Shown here: piece by piece, positions 19,684 through 30,267 of the stretch | Position numbering within the stretch: the stretch's first letter is position 1 | How the letters are laid out: every line of letters begins with the position of its first letter | From: Pseudomonadales bacterium | Lineage (GTDB): Bacteria; Pseudomonadota; Gammaproteobacteria; Pseudomonadales; CAWVSB01 | DNA length: 64,000 nt | Direction of reading: 5' to 3' | NCBI GenBank assembly: GCA_046710535.1 | Contig: JBKEHH010000014.1 | Coordinates: 13,927-77,926, forward strand | Translations under genes and position numbers: made by a program | Notes under the pieces: generated by a model | The model's database searches: none | Told to the model about the DNA's origin: nothing | The model's input: the letters and a program-made list of their open reading frames with translations, nothing else

Positions 19684-20457
19684 TTAGAAATTGTTTTTCC
19701 AGTGGCGAATTTCGGTAAACACGTCGTCTTCATCATTAGAGCAGCTAGGGTTTTTAGTTTGTGCGGCACTGACAACCGCAGGCTGGTCGCTGCGCATAAA
19801 CGGGTTGGTTGTTAGCTCATCGTTAATTGTTGATGGTACCGTAGATTTGTCATCTTGGCGCAGCTGCTGGCAGTGTTTAATGCGTTGAGTTAACGCTTCA
19901 TTACTGGGCTCAACTGCTGCCGCAAAGGCTAGATTTGCTAACGTGTATTCGTGGGCACAGTAGACTTTAGTAGCAGGGGGCAATGAGGCCAGCTTACTCA
20001 ACGAGGCTCTCATCATTGGTGCAGTGCCTTCAAATACGCGACCACAGCCACCAGCAAACAAAGTATCGCCACACAGTAAAATTTCACCGATGGGTGATTC
20101 GCTGCAGTAATAGGCAATGTGGTCTAAGGTATGCCCAGGGACTTCTATCACACTAAAATTACAGCCTAAGACTTCTATTGAGTCGCCATCACGCATAGTT
20201 TTCGTGATATTAATGAAGTGTGCCGATTCAGGACCGGGAATAACTAACTGGGGATATTGACTACGCAGTTGTTCAACGCCACCAGTGTGATCAAAATGAT
20301 GATGGGTGATTATGATGCCCTCTAACTCAAGACCTTTCGCTGCCAGTTTAGCAATGACCGGTTGGGCATCGCCGGGGTCTACTACCCACGCTTTTTTATT
20401 GTTATGCAGTAACCAGATATAGTTGTCACTAAAGGCTTTAATGGCTTCGATTTGCAT
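19684..20457 (-). CDS. gloB: hydroxyacylglutathione hydrolase (glyoxalase II)
   Basis: ITHHHFDHTGG metallo-beta-lactamase motif and the conserved position next to mltD. Confidence 0.9.
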   Translation of the reverse strand: MQIEAIKAFSDNYIWLLHNNKKAWVVDPGDAQPVIAKLAAKGLELEGIIITHHHFDHTGGVEQLRSQYPQLVIPGPESAHFINITKTMRDGDSIEVLGCNFSVIEVPGHTLDHIAYYCSESPIGEILLCGDTLFAGGCGRVFEGTAPMMRASLSKLASLPPATKVYCAHEYTLANLAFAAAVEPSNEALTQRIKHCQQLRQDDKSTVPSTINDELTTNPFMRSDQPAVVSAAQTKNPSCSNDEDDVFTEIRHWKNNF

Positions 20458-20512
20458 GGTTTGATCCTGAGGATTTTTGTACTAATGAGGTAAATCATAC
20501 CTTGTACTGTGT

Positions 20513-21319
20513 TTGATCCCAACGGTATTATCTACTTTTACGAATTTCAATATTATTATGCCAATGTTAGAGTTTAATCAGCAGAGCGAATTATTAGGTC
20601 AGTGGTTTAAAACGCCACTAGGCGCGGCGATGCTACAAGCTGAAGAACGTTTGATAATGCGCCGCTTAGAGCATTGCTTTGGCGACCGGCTTTTGCAAAT
20701 GAGCATTAATGATGAACTAGATATTTGTGTTGGTAATCGACTCCAGCACGCTTTTACGCTAAGCCCAGACGCCGGCGCTAAACGTGCTCAAGCCAGTTGT
20801 AAATTTGAGGCATTAGCATTGCCCGAAGATTCAATAGATGTAGTGGTACTTCATCATGTATTGGAATTTTGCGCCGATCCCCACCAAGTTTTACGCGAGG
20901 TAAAGCGGGTATTAATACCCAACGGTAAATTATTTGTTATTAGTATCAATCCGTTTAGTGCTTTAGCAGCGAGGTTTACGTTGGCTAGCATAGCCGGTAA
21001 ACAACATTTTTCACGTCAATCAATTGGCTCGCATCGTTTGCATGACTGGCTAGAGCTATTAGAAATGTCAACACTGGGTGCTCAGAGTGGTTTTCACCAA
21101 CTGCCGATCAACAATGATAGTTTTCTCAATTGGCAGTCTAGGCTTGCCAATTTCGCGCAAAAGCATTCTATGCCAATGGGTGGCGTGTTTATGCTCGAGG
21201 CGGTGAAGCAAATTCACGGCATGACGGCTATTAAACCTAAGCGAATGGCTTGGCGCCCTGAACTGGGCGGTCTGCGGCCATCTTCAATGCCTGCGCCATC
21301 GACGAAAACCATTCATTAG
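20513..21319 (+). CDS. class I SAM-dependent methyltransferase (yafS-like)
   Basis: VVLHHVLEFCADPHQVLREVKRVLIPNGKLFV. It sits between gloB and rnhA. An alternative start is the ATG at 20558. Confidence 0.75.
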   Translation: MIPTVLSTFTNFNIIMPMLEFNQQSELLGQWFKTPLGAAMLQAEERLIMRRLEHCFGDRLLQMSINDELDICVGNRLQHAFTLSPDAGAKRAQASCKFEALALPEDSIDVVVLHHVLEFCADPHQVLREVKRVLIPNGKLFVISINPFSALAARFTLASIAGKQHFSRQSIGSHRLHDWLELLEMSTLGAQSGFHQLPINNDSFLNWQSRLANFAQKHSMPMGGVFMLEAVKQIHGMTAIKPKRMAWRPELGGLRPSSMPAPSTKTIH

Positions 21320-21382
21320 CGCTATGAACTGCACTGATAAATAAGTTGTTACTAACAAAATAAATCTAATTAAAGGTTGTAG

Positions 21383-21826
21383 ATGAAACAAGTTGAATTA
21401 TTTACTGATGGTGCTTGCCGCGGTAATCCTGGTCCGGGTGGTTGGGGCGCTTTAATACATTTTGGCGATGCCAAGAAAGAACTTTGTGGTGGTGAACCCG
21501 ATACCACCAATAATAGGATGGAACTTACCGCTGCTATTGAAGGCTTAAAAATTTTAAGTGAAGAGTGCGAGGTGAATCTTTACACCGACTCCAAGTATGT
21601 ATTAAAAGGCATTACTGAATGGATAGATGGATGGAAGGCAAAGGGTTGGAAAACCGCAGCTAAAAAGCCAGTGAAAAACGCCGATTTATGGCAGCAGCTT
21701 GATACCGCTAACAGCTCACACAAGGTGAACTGGATATGGGTTAAGGGTCATAGTGGTCATGCTGGTAATGAAAAAGCCGATGAGTTAGCCAATAAGGGTA
21801 TCGACGACATGATGGTGCAAGGATAA
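21383..21826 (+). CDS. rnhA: ribonuclease HI
   Basis: [19 protein letters not shown]...[13 protein letters not shown]...TDSKYV...[15 protein letters not shown]. Confidence 0.95.
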   Translation: MKQVELFTDGACRGNPGPGGWGALIHFGDAKKELCGGEPDTTNNRMELTAAIEGLKILSEECEVNLYTDSKYVLKGITEWIDGWKAKGWKTAAKKPVKNADLWQQLDTANSSHKVNWIWVKGHSGHAGNEKADELANKGIDDMMVQG

Positions 21827-21829
21827 GCA

Positions 21830-22603
21830 ATGAGACAAATTGTATTAGATACGGAAACTACCGGCTTAGACCCTCTGCAAGGCCACAAGATTATTGAAAT
21901 TGGTTGTGTAGAGCTTATCGACAGGCGGTTAACTGGCAGGCACTACCATCAATACATTCAACCACAGCGCGAGATAGATGCTGGGGCGATGGAAGTTCAT
22001 GGTATTACTCAGGAATTCTTGAAGGAAAAGCCGATATTTGGGCACATAGCCCAAGAATTTATGGATTTCGTTAAAGGCGCTGAACTGATCATTCACAACG
22101 CCCCGTTTGATATTGGCTTTTTGAATGCGGAGCTAAGTAAGCTGCCCCATTCATTAGGTATTATGAAAGATCATTGTACGGTGCTGGACACCTTGGTAAT
22201 GGCCAGAAACATGCATCCGGGCCGCAGAAATAGTTTGGATGCCTTATGTGACCGCTATGATATAGACAATACCAGTCGTGATTTACACGGTGCATTACTT
22301 GATTCTGAGATTTTGGCAGATGTATACATCGCCATGACATCGGGTCAAACAGACTTAGCCTTAGGCGGGCAGCTTGCTGGTGGCAATAGTCTAACTCAGC
22401 ATATAGAAGAAATTATTCGCTTAGATAGTGGCAGAGCTAAGCTGCCAGTAATTGCAGCCAACGCGGAAGAAATTGAACGTCATCGAGAGTGGTTGGCCGA
22501 ACATCGCGCCGAAGATCAGCCCGATGTTTGGCCCGGCGACAGGCTAAAGCCCATGGACGGGCTAAAGCTCCACGATGAGCTAAAGGATCAGCTATTACAG
22601 TAA
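21830..22603 (+). CDS. dnaQ: DNA polymerase III epsilon subunit (proofreading exonuclease)
   Basis: IVLDTETTGL, IIHNAPFDIGFL, HGALLDSEILADVY (ExoI-III motifs). Confidence 0.95.
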   Translation: MRQIVLDTETTGLDPLQGHKIIEIGCVELIDRRLTGRHYHQYIQPQREIDAGAMEVHGITQEFLKEKPIFGHIAQEFMDFVKGAELIIHNAPFDIGFLNAELSKLPHSLGIMKDHCTVLDTLVMARNMHPGRRNSLDALCDRYDIDNTSRDLHGALLDSEILADVYIAMTSGQTDLALGGQLAGGNSLTQHIEEIIRLDSGRAKLPVIAANAEEIERHREWLAEHRAEDQPDVWPGDRLKPMDGLKLHDELKDQLLQ

Positions 22604-24099
22604 GTACATTACTGGCAAAAAGCCTGTGGTAGACATAGTGATGGTTTAGGGCAGAGCCATAAATACCATTCGACCGTAAGACAAGCGCAGCAATGGCGCG
22701 ATAGCCGAGGTTAGCAAAAACAAAAACGCTGCTTGGCCATTGGGTGTCGCCATACTAGGAGTGTTAGTTCCGGTATTGATCGCAATTGCTAAGGTATTAA
22801 AGTGCTCGCAGGTAATGTCGCCGGCGTCTAGTGCAGCCTTCACTTCATTGATGTATACCGTTGCTACAAATACGTTATCGCTAATCATCGATAAGAATCC
22901 GTTAGCTAAGAAAAATACCGGTGCCTGTATTTCGATATTTTCCATGGTCAAAACCATGTGGATAATAGGCGTGAATAGATGCTGTTCGTGAATAACAGCC
23001 ACAATGGAAAAGAACACCACCAATAACTCAGTAAAGGGTAGAGCCTCTTCAAAAGCGTGGCCAATTTGATGCTCTTCAATGATGCCGTTAAAGGCGGTGA
23101 GTAGGACAATAACGGTTAGGCCTATCAGACCAACAGCTGCCCAATGTTGTGCTAGTGCTATAACTAAGAATATAGCGGTGACAGCAGATACCACTAACAC
23201 TGCTTTTTGTTTAGCGCTGCGGCTCTCTGTTCGTAAATCATCGAAGTCTTGTAATACCGTACGTACACTTTCTGGCAGCTTACTGCCATAACTAAAAATG
23301 CCTAAATACTCTAAAGCTTCATAGGTGGTTAAGCCTACGGCTAGTACAGGCATAGTAATTGGGGTCATACGTAAGAAAAACTCGATAAAGTCCCAATCTG
23401 CAGTAATAGCAATTAATAAATTTCGTGGTTCACCAACCAGAGTACAGACACCTCCAAGTGCTGTACCTACCGCGCCGTGCATTAACAAACTGCGTAAAAA
23501 AGCCCGAAACTCTTCTAAATCTTCGCAACGAATCGCAACTACTTCGGTGTCGCCGCTGTGGTCGTGGTCGTGATGTACTGTTTTACCGGATGCAACCTTG
23601 TGATAAACAGAATAAAACCCAACATCAACGCTAATTAATACCGCTGTTACTGTTAATGCATCTAAGAATGCCGATGAGGCGGCGGCCATGATTGAGAATA
23701 ACAAAGACAAGAAATGCTTAGATTTTACTTTGAGTAACACTTTGGTAAAGGCAAATAGTAATAAGTCCTTCATAAAATAAATGCCGGCTACCATAAACAT
23801 AAGTAGCAAAACGACCTTAAACAGACTCAATGTTTCTACATAGACGGCGTCTGGGGTAGTGAGGCCTATAAGAACGGCCTCGATAGCAAATAAGCCACCT
23901 GGTTGTAATGGTAGCATTTTAACGCTAAGGCTAAAGTAAAGATAAACTGGCCAATTAAAGCCCAACCATTCACAAATGGGCCTGTAACAGCTAGTAAAAC
24001 GGGATTGAGTATTAAAAATCCTATAATCGTTAATTTGTACCAGCTAGGCGCGTTACCCAAAAAGTTATTGGCCATGCCGCGAGAAAACGTTTGTTGCAT
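22598..24099 (-). pseudogene. nhaB: Na+/H+ antiporter NhaB, inactivated (frameshift plus nonsense)
   Basis: The N-terminal piece [33 protein letters not shown]...[12 protein letters not shown] continues in another frame as [16 protein letters not shown]..., a 1-nt loss in a C run near 23910-23912. An in-frame TAA at 22646-22648 stands where homologues have Tyr (MALP*TITMSTTGF versus MALPYTLVLTLVG). Confidence 0.85.
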
Positions 24100-24253
24100 A
24101 AATTTGTTCCTCATTTTAGTTATTAGTTGCCAGGTATTTGAGGAATAACCCCTGAAATAGTATGGTAAAAAAGCTAACTTTTTATTTAGCTGCTTTGTAA
24201 GCAAATAAAAACAATTCATATACGCACTCATCAGCAAGTATACTAAGCTAAAA

Positions 24254-24919
24254 GTGACAAACTATAAGGACAGCTTTGTGGAACCCTCAATGTTAGTTGA
24301 CCATCTTTATGTTATCGCCGCAGTTATTGGTGGGATTGGATTGTTTATGTTTAGTCGACTTAAATTTATACCTAAATGGATAAGAGCACCATTTGGATTG
24401 ATATTAGTAGCGGTTGCGGCAATAGCTGGTGGCTTGGGCTATGAGTTGAGTGCATATGGTCACCCTGATACCAACTTAATGATCGGCAGAGTCGGGTTTA
24501 CCGAACTGAAGCCTCAACAATATGTTGCCATGGTGCATTTAGGAGACAAAACTTCTTATTATGAGTTAAGCGGTGATCAGTGGCAGATTGACGCGCGAGT
24601 GTTATCTTGGCGGGGAATGTTTACTCCTAGCTCATCGTATAGATTTAATCGAATTAGCGGTCGTTATGTAGATATTATTGATGAAACTAGTCGTCCACGC
24701 TCGGTTTATGAAATTGACCAAGTGAAAAGCTATGTCGATGTGTGGCAAATAGTGCGGTCTAACGACACATTAGCGCAGTGGGTAAGTGCCGACCAAGGTA
24801 GTAGCGTATTTATGCCAATGGCCGATAAAGCGTTGTATTCGATTTCATTGGGCCAACATGGTTTAATTGCGCGCGCTGGAAATTTAGCGGCCCGCCAAGC
24901 TATCTTAAACTGGCAATAA
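24254..24919 (+). CDS. hypothetical membrane-anchored protein
   Basis: 221-aa ORF with GTG start and two N-terminal TM helices. No family recognised. Confidence 0.5.
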   Translation: MTNYKDSFVEPSMLVDHLYVIAAVIGGIGLFMFSRLKFIPKWIRAPFGLILVAVAAIAGGLGYELSAYGHPDTNLMIGRVGFTELKPQQYVAMVHLGDKTSYYELSGDQWQIDARVLSWRGMFTPSSSYRFNRISGRYVDIIDETSRPRSVYEIDQVKSYVDVWQIVRSNDTLAQWVSADQGSSVFMPMADKALYSISLGQHGLIARAGNLAARQAILNWQ

Positions 24920-24963
24920 GCAATTATTTTTAGTCGTTAGTCTTTAGTTTATGGAGTTAAATT

Positions 24964-26022
24964 GTGATCGAGTTTTTTGCCACCTACGGCATGTTTCTAT
25001 TGAAAACGCTTACCCTAGTTGTAGCGTTAGGTTTGGCTGTGGCTATCGTTATGTCGGCAAGTGGAAAAGGTCATGCCAGTGAAATCGGTAGTATCGAGGT
25101 TAAATCGCTTAACGATCGTTATATCAATATGCGCGAAACGTTAGAAGATGCGGTGTTAGATGAAGCCAGTTTAAAAAAACTAGCCAAAGATGAGAAGCAG
25201 AAGTTAAAGAAAGAAAAAGCCGAACAAAAAAAAGCTAGCAAGGCTGGAGACAAGGGCGAAACGAAAAAACGTGTGTTTGTATTAAATTTTGACGGCGATA
25301 TTAGGGCTCAAGCTGTTGACAATATGCGTGAAGAAATTACTGCCATTTTAACTATCGCCACTGAGAGTGACGAGGTTGTGCTGAAGCTAGAGAGCGGCGG
25401 AGGTGTTGTTCATGGTTATGGTTTGGCTGCTTCGCAGTTATGTAGAATTAAAGACAAGTCAATTCCGTTAACTATTTGTGTTGATAAAGTAGCTGCTAGC
25501 GGTGGTTATATGATGGCTTGTATCGGTAGTAAAATTCTTGCTGCTCCGTTTGCTATGTTAGGTTCTATTGGCGTCGTTGCTCAGGTTCCAAATTTTCACA
25601 AAATTCTTCAAAAGAACGATGTTGATTATGAATTGTTTACTGCCGGGGAATATAAACGTACGGTAACAATGTTTGGTGAAAATACTGACAAAGCTCGAGA
25701 GAAATTTAGTCTTGAATTAGAAGAAACTCATGATCTATTTAAAGCTTTTGTTTCGCTGCATAGGCCATCAATTGACATCCCTAAAGTTGCCACTGGTGAA
25801 GTATGGTTTGGTCAGCAAGCGGTTGATTTAGATCTAATTGATGAGTTGGGTACTTCTGATCAGTACTTGATGGAAGCAAGCGCTGCTGCCGAGGTTTATT
25901 CTGTAACTTATAAAACCAAGAAAACCTTACAGGAAAAATTAGGAATTGGGGTAGAAAATGCCTTGGTAAAAACGTTTGATAGAGCGTTTAAGGAGCTTCG
26001 CGACAATAAGTTTATCTCATAA
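24964..26022 (+). CDS. sohB: S49-family inner-membrane peptidase SohB
   Basis: N-terminal TM, Lys-rich linker, VAASGGYMMACIGSKILAAPFAMLGSIGVV. Confidence 0.85.
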   Translation: MIEFFATYGMFLLKTLTLVVALGLAVAIVMSASGKGHASEIGSIEVKSLNDRYINMRETLEDAVLDEASLKKLAKDEKQKLKKEKAEQKKASKAGDKGETKKRVFVLNFDGDIRAQAVDNMREEITAILTIATESDEVVLKLESGGGVVHGYGLAASQLCRIKDKSIPLTICVDKVAASGGYMMACIGSKILAAPFAMLGSIGVVAQVPNFHKILQKNDVDYELFTAGEYKRTVTMFGENTDKAREKFSLELEETHDLFKAFVSLHRPSIDIPKVATGEVWFGQQAVDLDLIDELGTSDQYLMEASAAAEVYSVTYKTKKTLQEKLGIGVENALVKTFDRAFKELRDNKFIS

Positions 26023-26059
26023 AGAAAGCGAAATTGTTACTTGTTCGCTTTTGTATTAC

Positions 26060-26341
26060 TTATTGTCTAGCATCAAGTTCCGTTTGTTCAATAATCATTG
26101 CCGCTATTTCTTCTGGAAATATCGCATTCAAAGCATCATAAGTCTCTTGGCAATTTGTTCTAAGCACTACAATTTCAGCATCAGGAGTTAAGCTTATATT
26201 TTCTTGTAAGCATTGCATATAAGCCGAAAGAGCATCGTTTACTGGGTCTGCTAAAGTATTTTGTCCGAAAGTGAGACAAACACCCAAAAATGCAATGCGG
26301 CTAAATTTTCGCACTGTTTCCTTAGTCTTTATAGTTGACAT
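26060..26341 (-). CDS. small secreted hypothetical protein
   Basis: The likely start gives MSTIKTKETVRKFSRIAFLGVCLTFGQNTLA, a signal peptide. The full ORF extends to 26377. Confidence 0.4.
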   Translation of the reverse strand: MSTIKTKETVRKFSRIAFLGVCLTFGQNTLADPVNDALSAYMQCLQENISLTPDAEIVVLRTNCQETYDALNAIFPEEIAAMIIEQTELDARQ

Positions 26342-26587
26342 ATATCTGTAAAAGCCTAAATATTTGATACTTATCATTCGTCCCTACTATTCAGTCCGTT
26401 GAATTCAGCCCTTTCCCTTGATGTCTCAGTATAGCCTGTATTGGAGAAAAGTCTTTTCTTTTACAATAACTTACGGTGACAAGCACTAGTCGTTGCCAAA
26501 CCGTAATTTTTTGACTGACATAAAATAATAAATAATCAGGCAAAATACAGTTGTTTTTCTATCTCGATAACAACAGCAGGATCAAAA

Positions 26588-28084
26588 ATGTCGTCAGCTA
26601 AAAAATATAGTCCTAGCAATCCTAAAAAATTAATAGATGTTATCAGCTGGGATATTACTACTGATGTAGCGGTAGTTGGTTTTGGCGGAGCAGGTGCTTG
26701 CGCCGCGTTAGAAGCAAGTGCCACTGGCGCAAATGTAAGTATTTTTGAGCTAGCTAGCACTTATGGAGGTTCAACCGCATTGTCTAGTGCAGAGATTTAC
26801 ATGGGCGGCAGTGGCGGTACACGTGTGCAACAAGCCTGTGGTTATGCTGACGACAGTGAAGATATGTATAACTACATGATGATGTCTAGTGGTCCGCAAG
26901 CGGATGCTAATAAAGTGCGTGCTTACGTAGATGGCAGTGCGGCACACTTCGATTGGTTGGTTGAAAAAGGCGTACCTTACAAAAATAGCGAATACAAAGA
27001 GCGCGCTATTATGGCAATGACAGACGATTGTATTTTGTATACCGGTAGCGAAAAAGCGTGGCCATATATTGATGCCGCAAAACCTTGTCCACGCGGTCAT
27101 AACGTTGAAGTTGAAGGTGACCATGGTGGCCCATTACTGATGAAAATACTGAGTTCACAAGTAGCTGAGCAGGAAAATATTGATGTGTATTACGACACAC
27201 GCGTAATCTGCTTAATCAAAGATGATGACAATGTAGTACATGGTTTAGTGATAAGAAGAGACCAACAAGAGCTAAATGTAAAAACTAGTCAGGGGGTTAT
27301 TTTATGTGCCGGCGGGTTTGTCATGAACGACGAAATGTTACAAAAATATGCCCCTGCATTACTAAAGGCCAATACGAAACTTGGTAACCCTGGCGATACC
27401 GGAGCAGGGATTCAGATGGGGATGTCTGTTGGTGGAGCCGCTATTAATATGCATGAAGGGTTTGTGACGATGCCATATTATCCGCCAGCGTCTTTAACCA
27501 AAGGTATTTTGATTAACGCGCAAGGGCAGCGTTTTATAAATGAAGACTGCTACCACGGTAGGGTAGGTCACCATGTACTGCAGCAGCAAGGCGATAGAGT
27601 ATATTTAATCTTTAACGCCGACGACTTTGGTGAGTATCAAAAAGTCAGTTATTTAAATGCTGATATTGCAGGTACTGGCGATACGATAGCTGAGTTAGAA
27701 CAGGAATTAGACTTTGTAGAAGGAAGCTTACAGCAGACGGTTGAGTTTTATAATAGCCATGCGAGGCAGGGTAATGATCCGAAGTTTCATAAAAGCGCAG
27801 ATTGGTTGTCTGCGATCGAGCCGCCTTATGCAGCATTGGATTGCACGCCAGGGCGCGGCGCATTTTTCCCATACTTTACTCTTGGCGGCTTAGACACTAA
27901 ACCTACCGGCGAGGTTGTCGATTCTGACGGTAATGTGATCGCAGGTTTATACGCAGCGGGGCGCACTACCGCTGGTATTTGCCGTACAGGTTCTGGTTAT
28001 AGTAGTGGTATGTCAGTTGGTGATGCGACCTATTTTGGCCGTCTGGCCGGTATTAGCGCAGCAACTGTTTCTAAGCGCGAATAA
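26588..28084 (+). CDS. FAD-dependent oxidoreductase (fumarate reductase/3-ketosteroid dehydrogenase-like flavoprotein)
   Basis: DVAVVGFGGAGACAALEA (GxGxxG) and C-terminal GLYAAGRTTAG. Confidence 0.8.
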   Translation: MSSAKKYSPSNPKKLIDVISWDITTDVAVVGFGGAGACAALEASATGANVSIFELASTYGGSTALSSAEIYMGGSGGTRVQQACGYADDSEDMYNYMMMSSGPQADANKVRAYVDGSAAHFDWLVEKGVPYKNSEYKERAIMAMTDDCILYTGSEKAWPYIDAAKPCPRGHNVEVEGDHGGPLLMKILSSQVAEQENIDVYYDTRVICLIKDDDNVVHGLVIRRDQQELNVKTSQGVILCAGGFVMNDEMLQKYAPALLKANTKLGNPGDTGAGIQMGMSVGGAAINMHEGFVTMPYYPPASLTKGILINAQGQRFINEDCYHGRVGHHVLQQQGDRVYLIFNADDFGEYQKVSYLNADIAGTGDTIAELEQELDFVEGSLQQTVEFYNSHARQGNDPKFHKSADWLSAIEPPYAALDCTPGRGAFFPYFTLGGLDTKPTGEVVDSDGNVIAGLYAAGRTTAGICRTGSGYSSGMSVGDATYFGRLAGISAATVSKRE

Positions 28085-28163
28085 ATAGACTATTATCACC
28101 GTCAATTTTGCTAGGGCCAAAGCCTTGGTGCTAATTTTATTATTAATTTAGGCTCCTTTTGTT

Positions 28164-30221
28164 ATGCGCAATACCAGCAATTTAATTAGGTTAACGGTTT
28201 TATCATCTTTTATCGCTTCTACTAATATGGCCATTGCGGCAACGAGTCCCAGTCTTGAAACCGTTGTTGTGACGGCTTCTCGGCGCGCTGATGATAGCCG
28301 TACGCTGGCCGCAAGTATTGCTGTTATTGATGCCCAGGCGATAAAAATGACTGCTCATAGTCATATTAACGAAGTTGTTAATCAGGTTGCGGGTGCTTGG
28401 ATAAGTCGCGGTAATGGGCAGGAGCATTTAACGGCTATTCGCTCTCCTTCATATACCGGCGCGGGTGCTTGCGGTGAGTTTTTGATGGCAGAAAATGGCG
28501 TGCCATTGCGAGCGACGGGATTTTGTAACGTTAACCAGTTGTTTGAAGTTAACTCAGAGCAAGCCGAGCGTATTGAAATACTAAAAGGTCCCGGTTATGC
28601 CTTTCATGGCTCAAATGCTGTGCATGGAGTAATCAATGTCATCACTATGCCCAGCACCATTGAAGAGGGTGGCAGCATAGGCCTTGAATTAGGCCCCCAT
28701 AGTTATACCCGCGGGAGCCTAGATTTAGGCACTGTGAGTGGTGCTCACTCACTGCAATTGAAGTTACACAGCGAATATGACGGCGGCTATAAAGATAGCT
28801 CCGACTATCATCAGTCCAAGTTAAATCTTGCGCATATCTATGAAGGCAGCGATTGGCAAGTCAGTAGTATGTTAAGTGCGACTGATTTAGACCAAGAAAC
28901 TGCTGGCTACCTCGAAGGTTTTGAAGCGTATAAAGACGAAGATATCAAAAACGATAACCCTAATCCTAACGCTTATCGAAAAGCTAGCAGTGTTCGGTTT
29001 AGCTCTAGTTTCGTAACGGTTAATGACAGTAATACTCAATGGACAATAACGCCGTATTTACGACATTCTGATATGGAGTTCTTACAGCATTTTTTACCTT
29101 GGCAGCCGCTCGAAAAAAACGGCCATGTTAGCGCTGGCGTACAAACAGCATCTTACACTCAGCTTAACGACTCTCTAGAGCTGAAAGCCGGGCTGGATAT
29201 TGAATACGCCAGCGGCTGGCTAGAACAGTTTCAAGCGGAGCCAGACCCTTTTAATAATCCAACAAGACCGCAGGGCTTTCATTATGACTATGAGGTAACC
29301 GCTTATACCGCGGCGCCATTTATCGCATTGAATGCAAAGCTAAGTGATACGCTGTCGTTAAATGTTGGTCTGCGTAATGAATCGACGCGTTATGATTATA
29401 ATAACAAGTTGAGTGATGGTAGCGCCTGCGACGCTAGCGTGCCTAATTGCCGATACACCCGTCCTGCAGACAGTGAAGATAGTTTTAATGACTGGTCACC
29501 CAGTGCAGACTTTACTTACAGTTATGCACCTAGCCACATGGCATATGTGAAAGTAGCCAACGGTTTTAGAGCGCCGCAAACCACTGAGCTATATCGATTA
29601 CAGCAAGGCCAAAACCTAGCCAACATCGATTCAGTTGAATTAAATAGCCGTGAAATAGGTTTTAAAGGCAGCTGGGAAATGCTGCAGTACGATGTAGCTA
29701 TTTTTGATATGGATAAATCGAATTTCATTTTTCAAGATTCCGACCGTAATAATATTGATGGCGGTGAAAGTACTCATACCGGTATTGAACTAGCCGCGAC
29801 GGTTACCTTTAACCCAATAGTTGATTTGGCAATAGCTGGCACAATTGTTAAGCACCAGTATGACAATGATATTAATATCAGTTCGGTTAACATCAAAGGC
29901 AATGACATTGTTACTGCGCCGCGTAAAACCGCCAATGTCCAGTTGGGCATTAATACTAGTGCTAACAGCAGAGTAGTTGTCGAGCTAGTGCATATGGGCG
30001 AGTACTATTTAGACGCTGAAAACTTGGAGGAATATAGCGGTCACAATCTATTGAATATTAGAGCCATGTGGCAGGCCTCTGATCAACTTGGATTTAGTGC
30101 CAGACTAATTAATGCTAGTGATGAAGACTACGCTGAACGAGCGCGATTTAATTTTGGCGACTACCAATACTTTGTGGGCCAGCCGCGAGGCTTATATTTG
30201 GGTGCTGATTATAGTTTCTAA
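28164..30221 (+). CDS. TonB-dependent outer-membrane receptor
   Basis: Signal peptide, ETVVVTASRR plug start, C-terminal ...GADYSF. Confidence 0.9.
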   Translation: MRNTSNLIRLTVLSSFIASTNMAIAATSPSLETVVVTASRRADDSRTLAASIAVIDAQAIKMTAHSHINEVVNQVAGAWISRGNGQEHLTAIRSPSYTGAGACGEFLMAENGVPLRATGFCNVNQLFEVNSEQAERIEILKGPGYAFHGSNAVHGVINVITMPSTIEEGGSIGLELGPHSYTRGSLDLGTVSGAHSLQLKLHSEYDGGYKDSSDYHQSKLNLAHIYEGSDWQVSSMLSATDLDQETAGYLEGFEAYKDEDIKNDNPNPNAYRKASSVRFSSSFVTVNDSNTQWTITPYLRHSDMEFLQHFLPWQPLEKNGHVSAGVQTASYTQLNDSLELKAGLDIEYASGWLEQFQAEPDPFNNPTRPQGFHYDYEVTAYTAAPFIALNAKLSDTLSLNVGLRNESTRYDYNNKLSDGSACDASVPNCRYTRPADSEDSFNDWSPSADFTYSYAPSHMAYVKVANGFRAPQTTELYRLQQGQNLANIDSVELNSREIGFKGSWEMLQYDVAIFDMDKSNFIFQDSDRNNIDGGESTHTGIELAATVTFNPIVDLAIAGTIVKHQYDNDINISSVNIKGNDIVTAPRKTANVQLGINTSANSRVVVELVHMGEYYLDAENLEEYSGHNLLNIRAMWQASDQLGFSARLINASDEDYAERARFNFGDYQYFVGQPRGLYLGADYSF

Positions 30222-30230
30222 GCCATAAGA

Positions 30231-30264
30231 CTATGACGATCCTTAACTGATCTGATCGTCATAG
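30231..30264. terminator. perfect 11-bp-stem hairpin between convergent genes (bidirectional terminator candidate)
   Basis: CTATGACGATC-N12-GATCGTCATAG lies between the TonB-receptor stop (30221) and the RND stop (30268). Confidence 0.6.
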
Positions 30265-30267
30265 CTT

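Noticed and set aside
28085-28163. Looked for a Fur box upstream of the TonB-dependent receptor.
   Set aside because: Only partial ATTATCA-like words are present. There is no convincing 19-bp GATAATGATAATCATTATC-like palindrome.
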